Of a DNA stretch of 64,000 bases, positions 19,504 through 31,226 are shown piece after piece. The position numbers were made by a program, and so were the translations under genes. Below the pieces are notes generated by a model. It saw only the letters and a program-made list of their open reading frames with translations. It was not told where the DNA came from and did no database searches. Numbering within the stretch: the first letter of the stretch is position 1; the number at the start of each line of letters is the position of its first letter. The DNA is from Candidatus Thermosaccharophagus tengchongensis. GTDB lineage: Bacteria > Armatimonadota > Fervidibacteria > Fervidibacterales > Thermosaccharophagaceae. The stretch lies in the NCBI GenBank assembly GCA_032161105.1, contig JAVHTD010000008.1. One strand, written 5' to 3'.

Positions 19504-20808
19504 ATGTCAATGGACAGGAGTTTAAGCAGCGGGCGCTGGTATGAGGGGTTAAGCGGGTATCATTTTCTCGTCCTCGTGGTAGCGTCACTCGGGTGGGCAT
19601 TTGACACGATGGACCAATGGCTGTATGTGCTCGCACGCCAACCAGCACTTTCAGCGTTGCTAAATGTTCCCCCGGAAGATCCGCTGGTGGCGAAGTATGC
19701 CGGAATTGTGCAAGCCATCTTCATCTTCGGATGGGCTACCGGTGGCTTCCTGTTTGGCATTGTCGGCGATAAGATAGGGCGCACGAGGGCTATGATGATC
19801 ACGATTTTGCTTTATGCCGGCTTTACCGGCATGGCTGCGCTATCTCGGACTTGGTGGGAATTTGCGATCTACCGATTCCTTTGTGGGCTTGGCGTGGGTG
19901 GTGAATTTGCAGCCGGTGCAGCACTCGTTGCCGAGGTGTTCCCGGAGCGCTCCAGACCTGCTGCGCTTGGCATAATGCAAGCATCTTCGGCGTTAGGAAA
20001 CATCTCAGCCGGATTGATCAACCTCACCATAGGCGCGTCGCCGAGGCTTGGTTGGAGGTATGTGTTTGCGGTTGGAGTGCTGCCTGCATTGCTTGTCTTC
20101 GTCATCCGCCTTTTCATTCGTGAGCCGGAGCGTTGGGAGAGGGCAAAGATTGCCGAGGCGTCCGGCGCTGAGCGGCTCGGCAGCTTCATTGAGCTCTTCT
20201 CTGACAGGCGTTGGCGGCACAATACGATTGTTGGCGTGAGCCTTGCGGCGGTCGGCGTGATAGGTTTTTGGGGGATTGGAACTTGGTCGCCGGACTTGCT
20301 CAGGAATGCACTCAACCCAGACAACCTCCCACACTTGAGGGCGCTCACCGAAAGGGCTGTCAGCGTAGCCATAATGATGCAGAATGCCGGGGCGTTTTTT
20401 GGCATACTCGCATGGGCGTGGTTGGCTGAGCGCATCGGCAGGAGGGGCGCATTTGCATGTTCATTTCTGCTCTGCTTCATTGTCGTGCCCACAACATTTC
20501 AGACCGTGAGCAGTTTCTCGGAATCGTTGGTGCTGTTCCCATTGATGGGGTTCTTCACGACAAGCTTGTTTGGCGGATATGCTGTATACTTCCCTGAACT
20601 GTATCCGACACGCCTTAGGGCTACCGGGACTGGCTTTTGCTACAATGTGGCGCGCTACCTTGCAATAGCCGGTCCATACACATTCGGTCATTTGAGAGCC
20701 GCCTATGGCATAAGGAATGCCGGTTCAATCCTCTCGCTCATTTTCCTCCTCGGGCTGCTTGTCCTTCCGGTTGCGCCGGAAACGAAGGGTAAGCCGCTGC
20801 CGGAGTAA
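19504..20808 (+). CDS. MFS transporter (sialate/organic acid type)
   Basis: GWAFDTMD, GDKIGRTR, GLGVGGEF, PELYPTRLRATG, PETKG. Confidence 0.9.
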   Translation: MSMDRSLSSGRWYEGLSGYHFLVLVVASLGWAFDTMDQWLYVLARQPALSALLNVPPEDPLVAKYAGIVQAIFIFGWATGGFLFGIVGDKIGRTRAMMITILLYAGFTGMAALSRTWWEFAIYRFLCGLGVGGEFAAGAALVAEVFPERSRPAALGIMQASSALGNISAGLINLTIGASPRLGWRYVFAVGVLPALLVFVIRLFIREPERWERAKIAEASGAERLGSFIELFSDRRWRHNTIVGVSLAAVGVIGFWGIGTWSPDLLRNALNPDNLPHLRALTERAVSVAIMMQNAGAFFGILAWAWLAERIGRRGAFACSFLLCFIVVPTTFQTVSSFSESLVLFPLMGFFTTSLFGGYAVYFPELYPTRLRATGTGFCYNVARYLAIAGPYTFGHLRAAYGIRNAGSILSLIFLLGLLVLPVAPETKGKPLPE

Positions 20809-21034
20809 GTTTGAAATGTGGCAATGCAAACATTTCAAGCAGTGTCAAATCAAAGGCGGATGAAATCATCCAAACCAGTCATGCGCGTCATATGTGACCT
20901 AACCACCCATTGTGGGAACAGCTTCGGCTGTTAACTCAACGCCCTCCAGCGCGGTTGAAACTCGCTTTCATATGGGTGTTGGGCGAGTTGGTAGCTCCCA
21001 CAGTTTGTGGTAAAGCCTTCCCAGTATGCGCTAA

Positions 21035-23245
<2,211 letters not shown>

Positions 23246-23286
23246 AAGAGCAACCTCAGGCAACAATGCGGAAAGCACAATGGGCG

Positions 23287-24549
23287 CTACCTTGGCTTGA
23301 TGCTCTCTTTGACCCTCCTCTCGGCTTCAATCAGCATCTCAACGGCATCGCCTTCGCCATTTAATGATTCAACGATGGCATAATGCCAATCAATCTTTGG
23401 CGTCTCTTGCGTCCTGCCATCAAATGTGGCGGTGATTTTACCCTTCAGCCTCTCCATAGCTTTTGCTGCGCCCTTAGCACTTGTGTGTGGCATAGCTATT
23501 GCAAACTCGTTCACCTTCATCCTACCAACATAGTCAACCTCTCGCAAGGTTGAGCGAATGACTTCGGCAAGCTTTGATATGATTGAGTTGAAGTGCCTTG
23601 CGCGCCATCTCCTATGGTAGAGGCGAAGTGCTGGAGATATGATGTATGCCAGCGAAACCGAGAAGCTGTATCTCTGTGCCCTGCGCAAGTCCTCATTCAG
23701 GCGCTCAATGAAATACTGCTCCCCGAAGAAACCCGTCACCTCATCCCTTTCCATAGCCCTTCTCACCCTCATTGGCGCTTTACCGGTCAACAGCCCGCGC
23801 AGGTTGTGTAAGCCCCTTTGGAGCAGGTATGTGACATAGTTTGCCGAGATGCCGAGTATGCGAGCTATCTCCGTCTTCGTAAGCTCGTTGTAAAAGAACA
23901 ACTCAATGACTTTCCTCTGAAGCCTGCTCAGGTGCTGCAAAGCCTGTTGGATAGCCAGCCTGTCTTCAAGGCGTTGCATATCTTCCCAAAGACCCTCAAG
24001 CGCCCTCCTGTCAAGTTGTGAGTCAACCCCCTCTTCACCCTCCTCGCTGATCATCACTTCATCAAGCGATTCAACTTGAAATAGACTGCTTGAGCCGAGT
24101 ATGCGTTTCACCAACTCCAAACTCATCCCCGAGTATTCGGCTACCTCTTCCGGATCAGGTTCTCGGTGCAACTTTTGGCGCAGCTCTTCAATTGCCCTGT
24201 TGAGCCTGTATCTTTCCTCCTGCATCCATGCCGGCTCTTTGATCAATCCGCCGAGGTCACGAAGGTAATGCTTGAGGTGACCGTTTATGACATGTGTCGC
24301 ATATGTGTTGAACTGCGTTCCCATGGAGGGGTCATATCGTTCAACGGCGTTTATCAACCCGATGCATGCTTCCTGAAACAGGTCGTCAAATGGTTCGTTG
24401 GATATAGCTGCATAGCGCCGAGCAATGCGCCTTGCAAGCTCAATGTTGGCACTGATGAGTTCGTCCCTAAGCTTCGGGTCTCTCGTGCGCCTGTAGAGCC
24501 TGAATTTCTCTTTCTCAGCCTCGCGGTTGATCTTATCATCTTGCCTCAA
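23287..24549 (-). CDS. SigB/SigF-type sigma-70 factor fused to a degenerate GGDEF domain
   Basis: DDLFQEACIGLINAVERYDP and GHLKHYLRD (region 2), region 3, region-4 HTH (TKTEIARILGISANYV), then D.VTGFF...YF.ERL and REVDYVGRMKVNEF. Confidence 0.85.
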   Translation of the reverse strand: MRQDDKINREAEKEKFRLYRRTRDPKLRDELISANIELARRIARRYAAISNEPFDDLFQEACIGLINAVERYDPSMGTQFNTYATHVINGHLKHYLRDLGGLIKEPAWMQEERYRLNRAIEELRQKLHREPDPEEVAEYSGMSLELVKRILGSSSLFQVESLDEVMISEEGEEGVDSQLDRRALEGLWEDMQRLEDRLAIQQALQHLSRLQRKVIELFFYNELTKTEIARILGISANYVTYLLQRGLHNLRGLLTGKAPMRVRRAMERDEVTGFFGEQYFIERLNEDLRRAQRYSFSVSLAYIISPALRLYHRRWRARHFNSIISKLAEVIRSTLREVDYVGRMKVNEFAIAMPHTSAKGAAKAMERLKGKITATFDGRTQETPKIDWHYAIVESLNGEGDAVEMLIEAERRVKESIKPR

Positions 24550-24790
24550 GATGATGCGTTACACCTCTCGCCGAATTGGCTCATTACAACTACCGTCTTT
24601 TGATCCCTCATTCCCAATCAGCAATTTAGCAGCGATGCGCGATTGGTGTTAACACTTATATGGCTTTACGACGCATCCACCAGCTGGCATCGCCAACTCA
24701 AACATCGTGAGCTTGGGGTGAAGCTAACCCTCAATGCTTCAGCTCATGCATAATGCTTAGTTATGCGGCTGCAACTACCGTGCAAAAGGG

Positions 24791-25651
24791 GTGATTAAGA
24801 TGTTGATGTTTCGGAATCTGAATCCGGGAGCCATCAGCATACACGCCGACCTTGAGAGGACGCTCAAGATTGCGCGTGATGCTGGGTTTGATGGGGTTGA
24901 CCTCATGTTGAGTGAGGCTGAGAGGCTCTCAAAGGAGCATTCCATCAGCTTTGTCGTCTCACTCTATGAGCGCTTTGGGATGAGAGTTGGAGGGTGTGGG
25001 CTTCCATTCAACTGGCTAAGCGAGGATGATTATGAGCGCGGGTTAAGCGAGCTGCCGAGATGGGCAAAGCTCGCAAGAGATGTTGGATGCACAAGGTTCA
25101 TCACATGGGTGCCATCGTTCTCCGATGAGCGTCCATACGACGAGAACTTTAGATGGCATGTTGAACGCTTCAAGCCGATTGCTAATATTCTGGGTGAGCA
25201 CGGTTGTCGGCTTGGACTTGAATTCCTCGGCACAAAGAGTCTGCGCATCGGGCACAAGTATGAGTTCATCCACACGCTTGACCAGATGATTGAGCTGTGT
25301 GATGCCATTGGCACAGGCAATGTCGGATTGCTCCTTGATTCATGGCATTGGTGGACGAGCGATGGAACAGTTGAGGACATCAGGAAGTTAAGCTGCGATC
25401 AGGTTGTGTATGTTCATGTCAATGATGCTCCCGCTGGCATACCGAAGGATGAGCAGATTGACAATGTGAGGTGCCTTCCGGGCGAGACGGGTGTCATTGA
25501 CCTCGTTGGCTTTCTTGGGGCGCTCAGGGATATAGGCTACGATGGACCTGTAACGCCAGAGCCATTCAGCAAAGCATTGAGCGAGCTGCCCGATGAGGAA
25601 GCCGCGCTTGTGACGGCAAGGGCGCTCAATAGGGTCTGGGAAATGATTTGA
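24791..25651 (+). CDS. Sugar phosphate isomerase/epimerase (AP2/TIM barrel)
   Basis: AGFDGVDL, LGLEF, LLLDSWH, VHVND, GYDGPVTPEPF. Confidence 0.88.
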   Translation: MIKMLMFRNLNPGAISIHADLERTLKIARDAGFDGVDLMLSEAERLSKEHSISFVVSLYERFGMRVGGCGLPFNWLSEDDYERGLSELPRWAKLARDVGCTRFITWVPSFSDERPYDENFRWHVERFKPIANILGEHGCRLGLEFLGTKSLRIGHKYEFIHTLDQMIELCDAIGTGNVGLLLDSWHWWTSDGTVEDIRKLSCDQVVYVHVNDAPAGIPKDEQIDNVRCLPGETGVIDLVGFLGALRDIGYDGPVTPEPFSKALSELPDEEAALVTARALNRVWEMI

Positions 25652-25724
25652 TGATGAGCCGCAACCTAACCCATGTATGGGAGCAGCTTGCAAACGGGCG
25701 TGAAAGTCATGAGGTGAATGACAG

Positions 25725-26609
25725 ATGCAAGTCGTATTGGCTTTGATGCTCTTGGTTGGAGCCTTCTCCTATTTCTCCGAGCCATCACGATACGAAGCGC
25801 ATATTGAGCGCGTAATGCGCTCTCTTTTCCCAAATGCAAAAAGCATCCAAGTCAGGATCAAGGGGAGCGGTGGCTTTGCAGCATTGCGCGGTGAGTTTGA
25901 TTCGCTTGAGATAACGGTTGTGGGGGCAAAAGCGAAGAGTGAGGCGCTAACACAGCTCATAGCGCACGATGAAGGCAACCGAGCGCGTGAGAAAACCACC
26001 CTACTGCCTACAGCTGTTGTGGGGCAGACAAAGAGGTCTGTCGGACATATAGCGAGCGTGATGGTGAAGTTTAGCGAGTGCGAGTTTGATGGGGTGCCGT
26101 TCACGGAATTAACTGTTGGATTGACCAATGTGCGTTACGACCTCCAAAAGCTGCTGAGTGAGCAACGCATATGGCTAATTGATTTCGCAAACGGGTGGTT
26201 CGTGTTCAAGCTGCCATCAAGCTTCGTCTCGTCACTTATTGAGAGCGAGATGACCAAGAGCGGTTTGGTCAAGCCGGTGGCGAAGTTGCATGCTCAGGGA
26301 ATTCGCGTTGAGGCATCTTATCCCATTTGGTGGTTGCACATACCGTTCTCGGTTGATGGCGAACTCGTAGCGGTGCCACCATGTAAGGTTACTTTCAAAC
26401 CAAAGCTCCTGAAGGTGTTCAGTGTCATTCCGATGCCGGGCAGCGCAGTTGAGCGGCTTATCGGGAAGACGGAATTTTCGTTTGAGCTGACGGAGCTGAA
26501 AATGCCGCTTGAGCCACAACTTGAGTTGATTTGCGTCACCGAAGGGGAGGTTGAATTTCGCGGCATACTAAGATTGCCAAAGGCAGGCAGAGCCACAAGA
26601 AGCCGATGA
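25725..26609 (+). CDS. DUF2993/LmeA-like lipid-binding protein
   Basis: N-terminal hydrophobic anchor, LRGEFDSLEI motif, beta-rich body. Confidence 0.5.
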   Translation: MQVVLALMLLVGAFSYFSEPSRYEAHIERVMRSLFPNAKSIQVRIKGSGGFAALRGEFDSLEITVVGAKAKSEALTQLIAHDEGNRAREKTTLLPTAVVGQTKRSVGHIASVMVKFSECEFDGVPFTELTVGLTNVRYDLQKLLSEQRIWLIDFANGWFVFKLPSSFVSSLIESEMTKSGLVKPVAKLHAQGIRVEASYPIWWLHIPFSVDGELVAVPPCKVTFKPKLLKVFSVIPMPGSAVERLIGKTEFSFELTELKMPLEPQLELICVTEGEVEFRGILRLPKAGRATRSR

Positions 26610-26644
26610 AGTAGCCCGGAAATTGAGTTGGGGGGTGAAGAGGA

Positions 26645-27043
26645 GTGGAGCTGCGCATCCCTGAGGGGCTGCTTTATTCCCCCACACATGAGTGGGTTAA
26701 GGTTGATGGCAACTTAGCAACTATAGGCGTAACTGACTTTGCGCAGCGCGAGATGGGGGAGTTGACTTACATTGAGCTCCCAGATGTCGGCGACCACATT
26801 GAGGCTGGGCAGCCGTTTGGCGTCATAGAGTCGGTGAAGGCGAGTGAGGAAGTTTACTCACCAGTGAGTGGGACTGTCGTTAAAGTGAACGAGCGTTTGC
26901 TTGACGACCCAACGATTGTTAATCAAGACCCATACGGTGATGGGTGGCTCATCGTTGTTGAAATGCCGTCCTCAGAGGAGACGAAGGCGCTGCTTACGGC
27001 ACAGGCGTATGTTGAGATGTTGAGGCGTGAAGGAAGGTTGTGA
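26645..27043 (+). CDS. gcvH: Glycine cleavage H protein (lipoyl carrier)
   Basis: HEWV, IGVTDFAQ, IESVKAS (lipoyl Lys), VNQDPYGDGW. Confidence 0.96.
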   Translation: MELRIPEGLLYSPTHEWVKVDGNLATIGVTDFAQREMGELTYIELPDVGDHIEAGQPFGVIESVKASEEVYSPVSGTVVKVNERLLDDPTIVNQDPYGDGWLIVVEMPSSEETKALLTAQAYVEMLRREGRL

Positions 27044-27047
27044 ATGG

Positions 27048-27863
27048 ATGGGCGAAGGCATACGCGTTCGCCTGCTGATTGACAAGCCAGCTGATGGCGC
27101 ATGGAATATGGCGGTTGATGAAGCGGTGCTGAGGATGACATCAATCAGGCGAAACATGCTCACGGTTCGCCTATACATGTGGGAACGCCCAACGGTGTCA
27201 GTTGGATACTTCTCAAGGCTCACAGAGGGGCTGCTGGATAGATGCAAGAAGCGCGGAATTGATGTTGTCAGAAGACTGTCGGGGGGCGGCATAGTCTTTC
27301 ACGATGATGAGGTAACTTATTCGGTGGTGCTTCCAAAGGGACTGATTAGCGACTGTTCGGTGCTAACGGTGTGCAAGTTTGTGAGCGAGGGCGTCATAAT
27401 TGGGTTAAGCGAGCTGGGTGTGGATGGGCGTCTTGCCCACAGTGTCTCGGCATGTGCGAGCGGTCGGGTTGAGGGAACGATTCATGGGGCATTGCCTAAT
27501 GCGGCGGAATTTTGTTATGCCATGCACTCTCCAACCGACATCGTGGTTGGCTCGGCGAAATTGGTTGGCAGCGCACAGGCTCGTTGTAATGGCGCAATAT
27601 TACAACATGGCTCAGTGCCATTGGGATGGGATAAGGACATGCTTCGCCACTTGTTTGGCGATGGCGTGCTTGAACGACATGAGTTTACTTCGCTTGAGGA
27701 GTTGCTATCATACAAGCCATCGGTTGGAGATGTAATTGAGGCGCTCTGTGTTGGCTTTGAAAGGGCGTTTGGGCGAGCGCTTCATGTTGGCAAGCTGTCT
27801 GATGACGAGGTTGACCTTGCCCTCAGGCTGGCGGGCAGAAAATGGATTTTGAGGTGCAGTTGA
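27048..27863 (+). CDS. Lipoate-protein ligase / octanoyltransferase (LplA/LipM family)
   Basis: NMAVDEA, VVRRLSGGG.VFH, KLVGSAQ, LQHGS. Confidence 0.9.
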   Translation: MGEGIRVRLLIDKPADGAWNMAVDEAVLRMTSIRRNMLTVRLYMWERPTVSVGYFSRLTEGLLDRCKKRGIDVVRRLSGGGIVFHDDEVTYSVVLPKGLISDCSVLTVCKFVSEGVIIGLSELGVDGRLAHSVSACASGRVEGTIHGALPNAAEFCYAMHSPTDIVVGSAKLVGSAQARCNGAILQHGSVPLGWDKDMLRHLFGDGVLERHEFTSLEELLSYKPSVGDVIEALCVGFERAFGRALHVGKLSDDEVDLALRLAGRKWILRCS

Positions 27864-27964
27864 TCGGTCGCCATTCGCAATCATACTGGCTGTTGACATC
27901 CGATGACTTAAAGGGCACGATATAGGTGGATGCCAATGGATGCACAAGCGAGGTGATTTGACAG

Positions 27965-28387
27965 ATGACGGCGCCAAGCGCAAGGAAGATACTCGTAGTC
28001 GATGACGAGAAGCACATAGTCAGGCTTGTGCAGGTAAATTTGGAGAAGCGCGGCTACCAAGTCATAACGGCATACGATGGATTGGAATGCCTTGAGAAGG
28101 TGAAGCAGGAGAAACCAGACCTCATAATTCTTGATGTGATGATGCCGCGCCTTGATGGCTTTGAAACTTTAAAGCGCCTCAAGGCAGATCCAACAACGAG
28201 GGATATACCGGTTGTGATGCTCACGGCGAGGGCTCAGGATAAGGATGTCTTGACGGGCTATGTCCTCGGAACGGACCTCTACCTCACAAAGCCGTTCAGC
28301 CCGATTGAGCTTTTGACCATGGTTGAGCGCATCTTCCAGAGCCGCGAGGAGGAAGAGGAAGGCATTTACGACCTTGACCGGATGTAG
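27965..28387 (+). CDS. Single-domain response regulator
   Basis: ILVVDD, LIILDVMMP, MLTA, YLTKPF; short acidic tail. Confidence 0.93.
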   Translation: MTAPSARKILVVDDEKHIVRLVQVNLEKRGYQVITAYDGLECLEKVKQEKPDLIILDVMMPRLDGFETLKRLKADPTTRDIPVVMLTARAQDKDVLTGYVLGTDLYLTKPFSPIELLTMVERIFQSREEEEEGIYDLDRM

Positions 28388-28653
28388 GCTCTGGATGGCA
28401 GCTCCTCAACAAGCGCGCTTATGCGCTTAATCGTGCAGTGCCCGTTGTAAGGGGTAAGCGCAATCACCTTGGATGCCAAGCAGTTTTGCGCGGCGAACCT
28501 CATCCAATGCCCTCTATCTGCCCACAGCCTATGAAGGTAGCTGTCCGCTTTTGCCGCACCGTAGGGAGTTATTTTTGTGCGTCAAATCTTTTGAGCGTGA
28601 TTGGCTAACTGCATTTGTGACGATCAAGGGCAAACGGTGTGGAGGTGAATGGG

Positions 28654-31119
28654 ATGTGGAAGCAGCCGCTTGACGGGCGGTGGGAGTTTAGAGAGGTCGG
28701 GAGCAAGGATTGGATGCCAGCTGCAGTCCCCGGATGTGTCCACACGGACCTGCTCTCCTTGGGCTTAATTCCAGACCCGTTCGTTGGAGACAATGAGAGG
28801 TTAGTCCAATGGGTTGCCGAGAGGGATTTTGAATACAGGAAAGTATTTGATGCCGATGAGAAGCTGCTTTCTGAGGGGCGTTTGTATCTTGAGTGCGACG
28901 GGCTTGATACCATAGCCACGCTCATCTTGAACGGTCGGAGGATAGGGCATGCTAATAACATGTTCTTGCGCTGGCGCTTTGATGTGAGTGGGCTGCTTAA
29001 AGGGAAGGGCAATGAGCTGCTCATACGATTCACATCGCCACTCAAGTATGTCCGTCCGAAGATGAAAGCTGAGCCTTTGATATCGCCGAGCATGTCCATT
29101 CCCGGTGCCCCATACATACGCAAAGCGCCATACCAGTTTGGATGGGATTGGGGACCAAAGCTCCCGACGATGGGCATATGGAGGAGCATACGCGTCTGTG
29201 GCTATTCAATCGCACGAATTGAAGATGTGCATATCAGGCAGATGCACACCCGCTCAAAGGTGATACTGACCGCACGAATCGCATTGGAGCGATATGAGGT
29301 TGCACCGCTCAGGTTGACTATGCGGGTGACTTCACCTGACGGGAATGTGATGGAGGCTGCAGGCGAGCTCAGGAGCAGTGATACTGTGGCAACACTTGTG
29401 GTTGAGATAACAGACCCAAAGCTTTGGTATCCGAGGGGGTATGGCGGTCAACCGCTTTATTGCGTGTCAATTGAATTGCTCTCATCAGATGGTGCGCTCC
29501 TTGATGCCGCTTCGTTCCGTGTCGGCTTGCGAACGCTCAGGCTCGTCCAGAAGCCAGATAGATACGGCAAGTCATTCACATTCGTCGTGAACGGCATTCC
29601 GATATTCTGCAAGGGGGCTAATTGGATACCGGCGGATGTTTTCCCGTCAAGGGTTAGCCGGCAGCGCTATGAGCAATTGCTAAGGAGCGCAGCGGAAGCC
29701 AACTTCAACATGTTGCGTGTATGGGGCGGTGGCATCTACGAAGATGATGCCTTCTATGACCTGTGTGACGAGCTTGGCATACTCATCTGGCATGACTTCA
29801 TGTTCTCGTGCAGCGTCTATCCGGGCGATGATGAGTTCATTGAGAATGTGATCGCAGAAGTGACGGACAACATCAGGCGCATCAGGCATCATCCGTGCTT
29901 GGCGCTTTGGTGCGGGAACAACGAAATGGAGTGGGGATGGGTTGAGTGGGGTTGGAGTGAGCGCCTGCCGAGCAAGCACAAGGAGAACTATGACAGGCTG
30001 TTCCACAACATACTTCCACAAGTGTGTGCGAGAGAGGACCCAGATACGCCATATTGGGCAAGCTCTCCCACCTCCGGGACCCCATTCGTTGACCCAAATG
30101 GCGAAAGCATGGGCGATGGGCACTATTGGGAAGTTTGGCATGGCATGGTGCCGTTCACCGAGTATAGGAAGCACTTCCATCGTTTCGTGAGCGAATTCGG
30201 ATTTCAATCCCTGCCGCACATTGAGACGATCAAAACTTTCGCCACCCCAAAGGACTTCAACCTCACCTCGTATATCATGGAGCATCACCAAAGGCACCCT
30301 CGCGGGAATGAGCTCATGATAACTTACCTTGCTCGGACATTCCGCCTCCCAAAGGACTTTGAGAGCCTTGTATACTTAACGCAGGTTTTGCAAGCCGAGG
30401 CGATAAGGTGCGGCGTTGAGCATTGGCGGAGAAATAGGCACAGGGTTAGCGGGACGCTGTATTGGCAGCTCAATGATTGTTGGCAGGTTGCCTCTTGGTC
30501 AAGCATTGACTACTTCGGGCGGTGGAAGGCACTCCACTACGCTGCGAGGAGATTTTACAAGCCGGTGCTTCTCTCGGCTGAGGATGAGGGCAGGAACATT
30601 CGGTTGCACATCACCAATGACACGCTTAGCGAATTTGAAGGGCTTGTCAGGTGGTCACTTGAGGGGCTAAATGGCGATGCTATTGAAGGCGGTGAGAAGA
30701 AGGTTGAGGTGGCACCACAATCAAGCGAGCGCGTTCTCAACCTGAATTTCTCGCGCATCGTTAATGAGGAGAATGAGCGCAGGGTCATCCTCGTATACGA
30801 GCTTATCCGAGACGGTGAGCGCATGAGTATGGGCACTGTCAGCTTTGTGCCGCCAAAGCACCTTGAGCTTGAGCCGCCGGAGATAAGCTTTACAGTGAGC
30901 GATGGCGGGAATGAATTCGTCATCACGCTGTCGGCAAAGAGCCTCGCCAAATTCGTATGGCTGTATTTGCCGGACCAAGATGTGGTCTTCTCTGACAACT
31001 GTTTTGACCTCCCTGCGGGGAGAATCGTGACCGTCACCATCCCGAAGGTCAAAGGGTTAACAGCGAGGGCAGTTGAGCGTGGGCTGCGCATACGAAGCCT
31101 CTATGATTCGTATGCGTAA
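28654..31119 (+). CDS. GH2 beta-mannosidase
   Basis: FGWDWGP, KGANWIP, NMLRVWGGGIYE, WCGNNE, FVSEFGFQS, YWQLND. Confidence 0.93.
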   Translation: MWKQPLDGRWEFREVGSKDWMPAAVPGCVHTDLLSLGLIPDPFVGDNERLVQWVAERDFEYRKVFDADEKLLSEGRLYLECDGLDTIATLILNGRRIGHANNMFLRWRFDVSGLLKGKGNELLIRFTSPLKYVRPKMKAEPLISPSMSIPGAPYIRKAPYQFGWDWGPKLPTMGIWRSIRVCGYSIARIEDVHIRQMHTRSKVILTARIALERYEVAPLRLTMRVTSPDGNVMEAAGELRSSDTVATLVVEITDPKLWYPRGYGGQPLYCVSIELLSSDGALLDAASFRVGLRTLRLVQKPDRYGKSFTFVVNGIPIFCKGANWIPADVFPSRVSRQRYEQLLRSAAEANFNMLRVWGGGIYEDDAFYDLCDELGILIWHDFMFSCSVYPGDDEFIENVIAEVTDNIRRIRHHPCLALWCGNNEMEWGWVEWGWSERLPSKHKENYDRLFHNILPQVCAREDPDTPYWASSPTSGTPFVDPNGESMGDGHYWEVWHGMVPFTEYRKHFHRFVSEFGFQSLPHIETIKTFATPKDFNLTSYIMEHHQRHPRGNELMITYLARTFRLPKDFESLVYLTQVLQAEAIRCGVEHWRRNRHRVSGTLYWQLNDCWQVASWSSIDYFGRWKALHYAARRFYKPVLLSAEDEGRNIRLHITNDTLSEFEGLVRWSLEGLNGDAIEGGEKKVEVAPQSSERVLNLNFSRIVNEENERRVILVYELIRDGERMSMGTVSFVPPKHLELEPPEISFTVSDGGNEFVITLSAKSLAKFVWLYLPDQDVVFSDNCFDLPAGRIVTVTIPKVKGLTARAVERGLRIRSLYDSYA

Positions 31120-31226
31120 GCAAAGGGATTGCGCGATGTTGCGTATGTATGCCGGCAGTGTGTAGGTGATGAAAGCTTTTTGGTTGCACCTGAAGCTGCT
31201 CCTATGGATGGAGTTGAGCGATCTGC

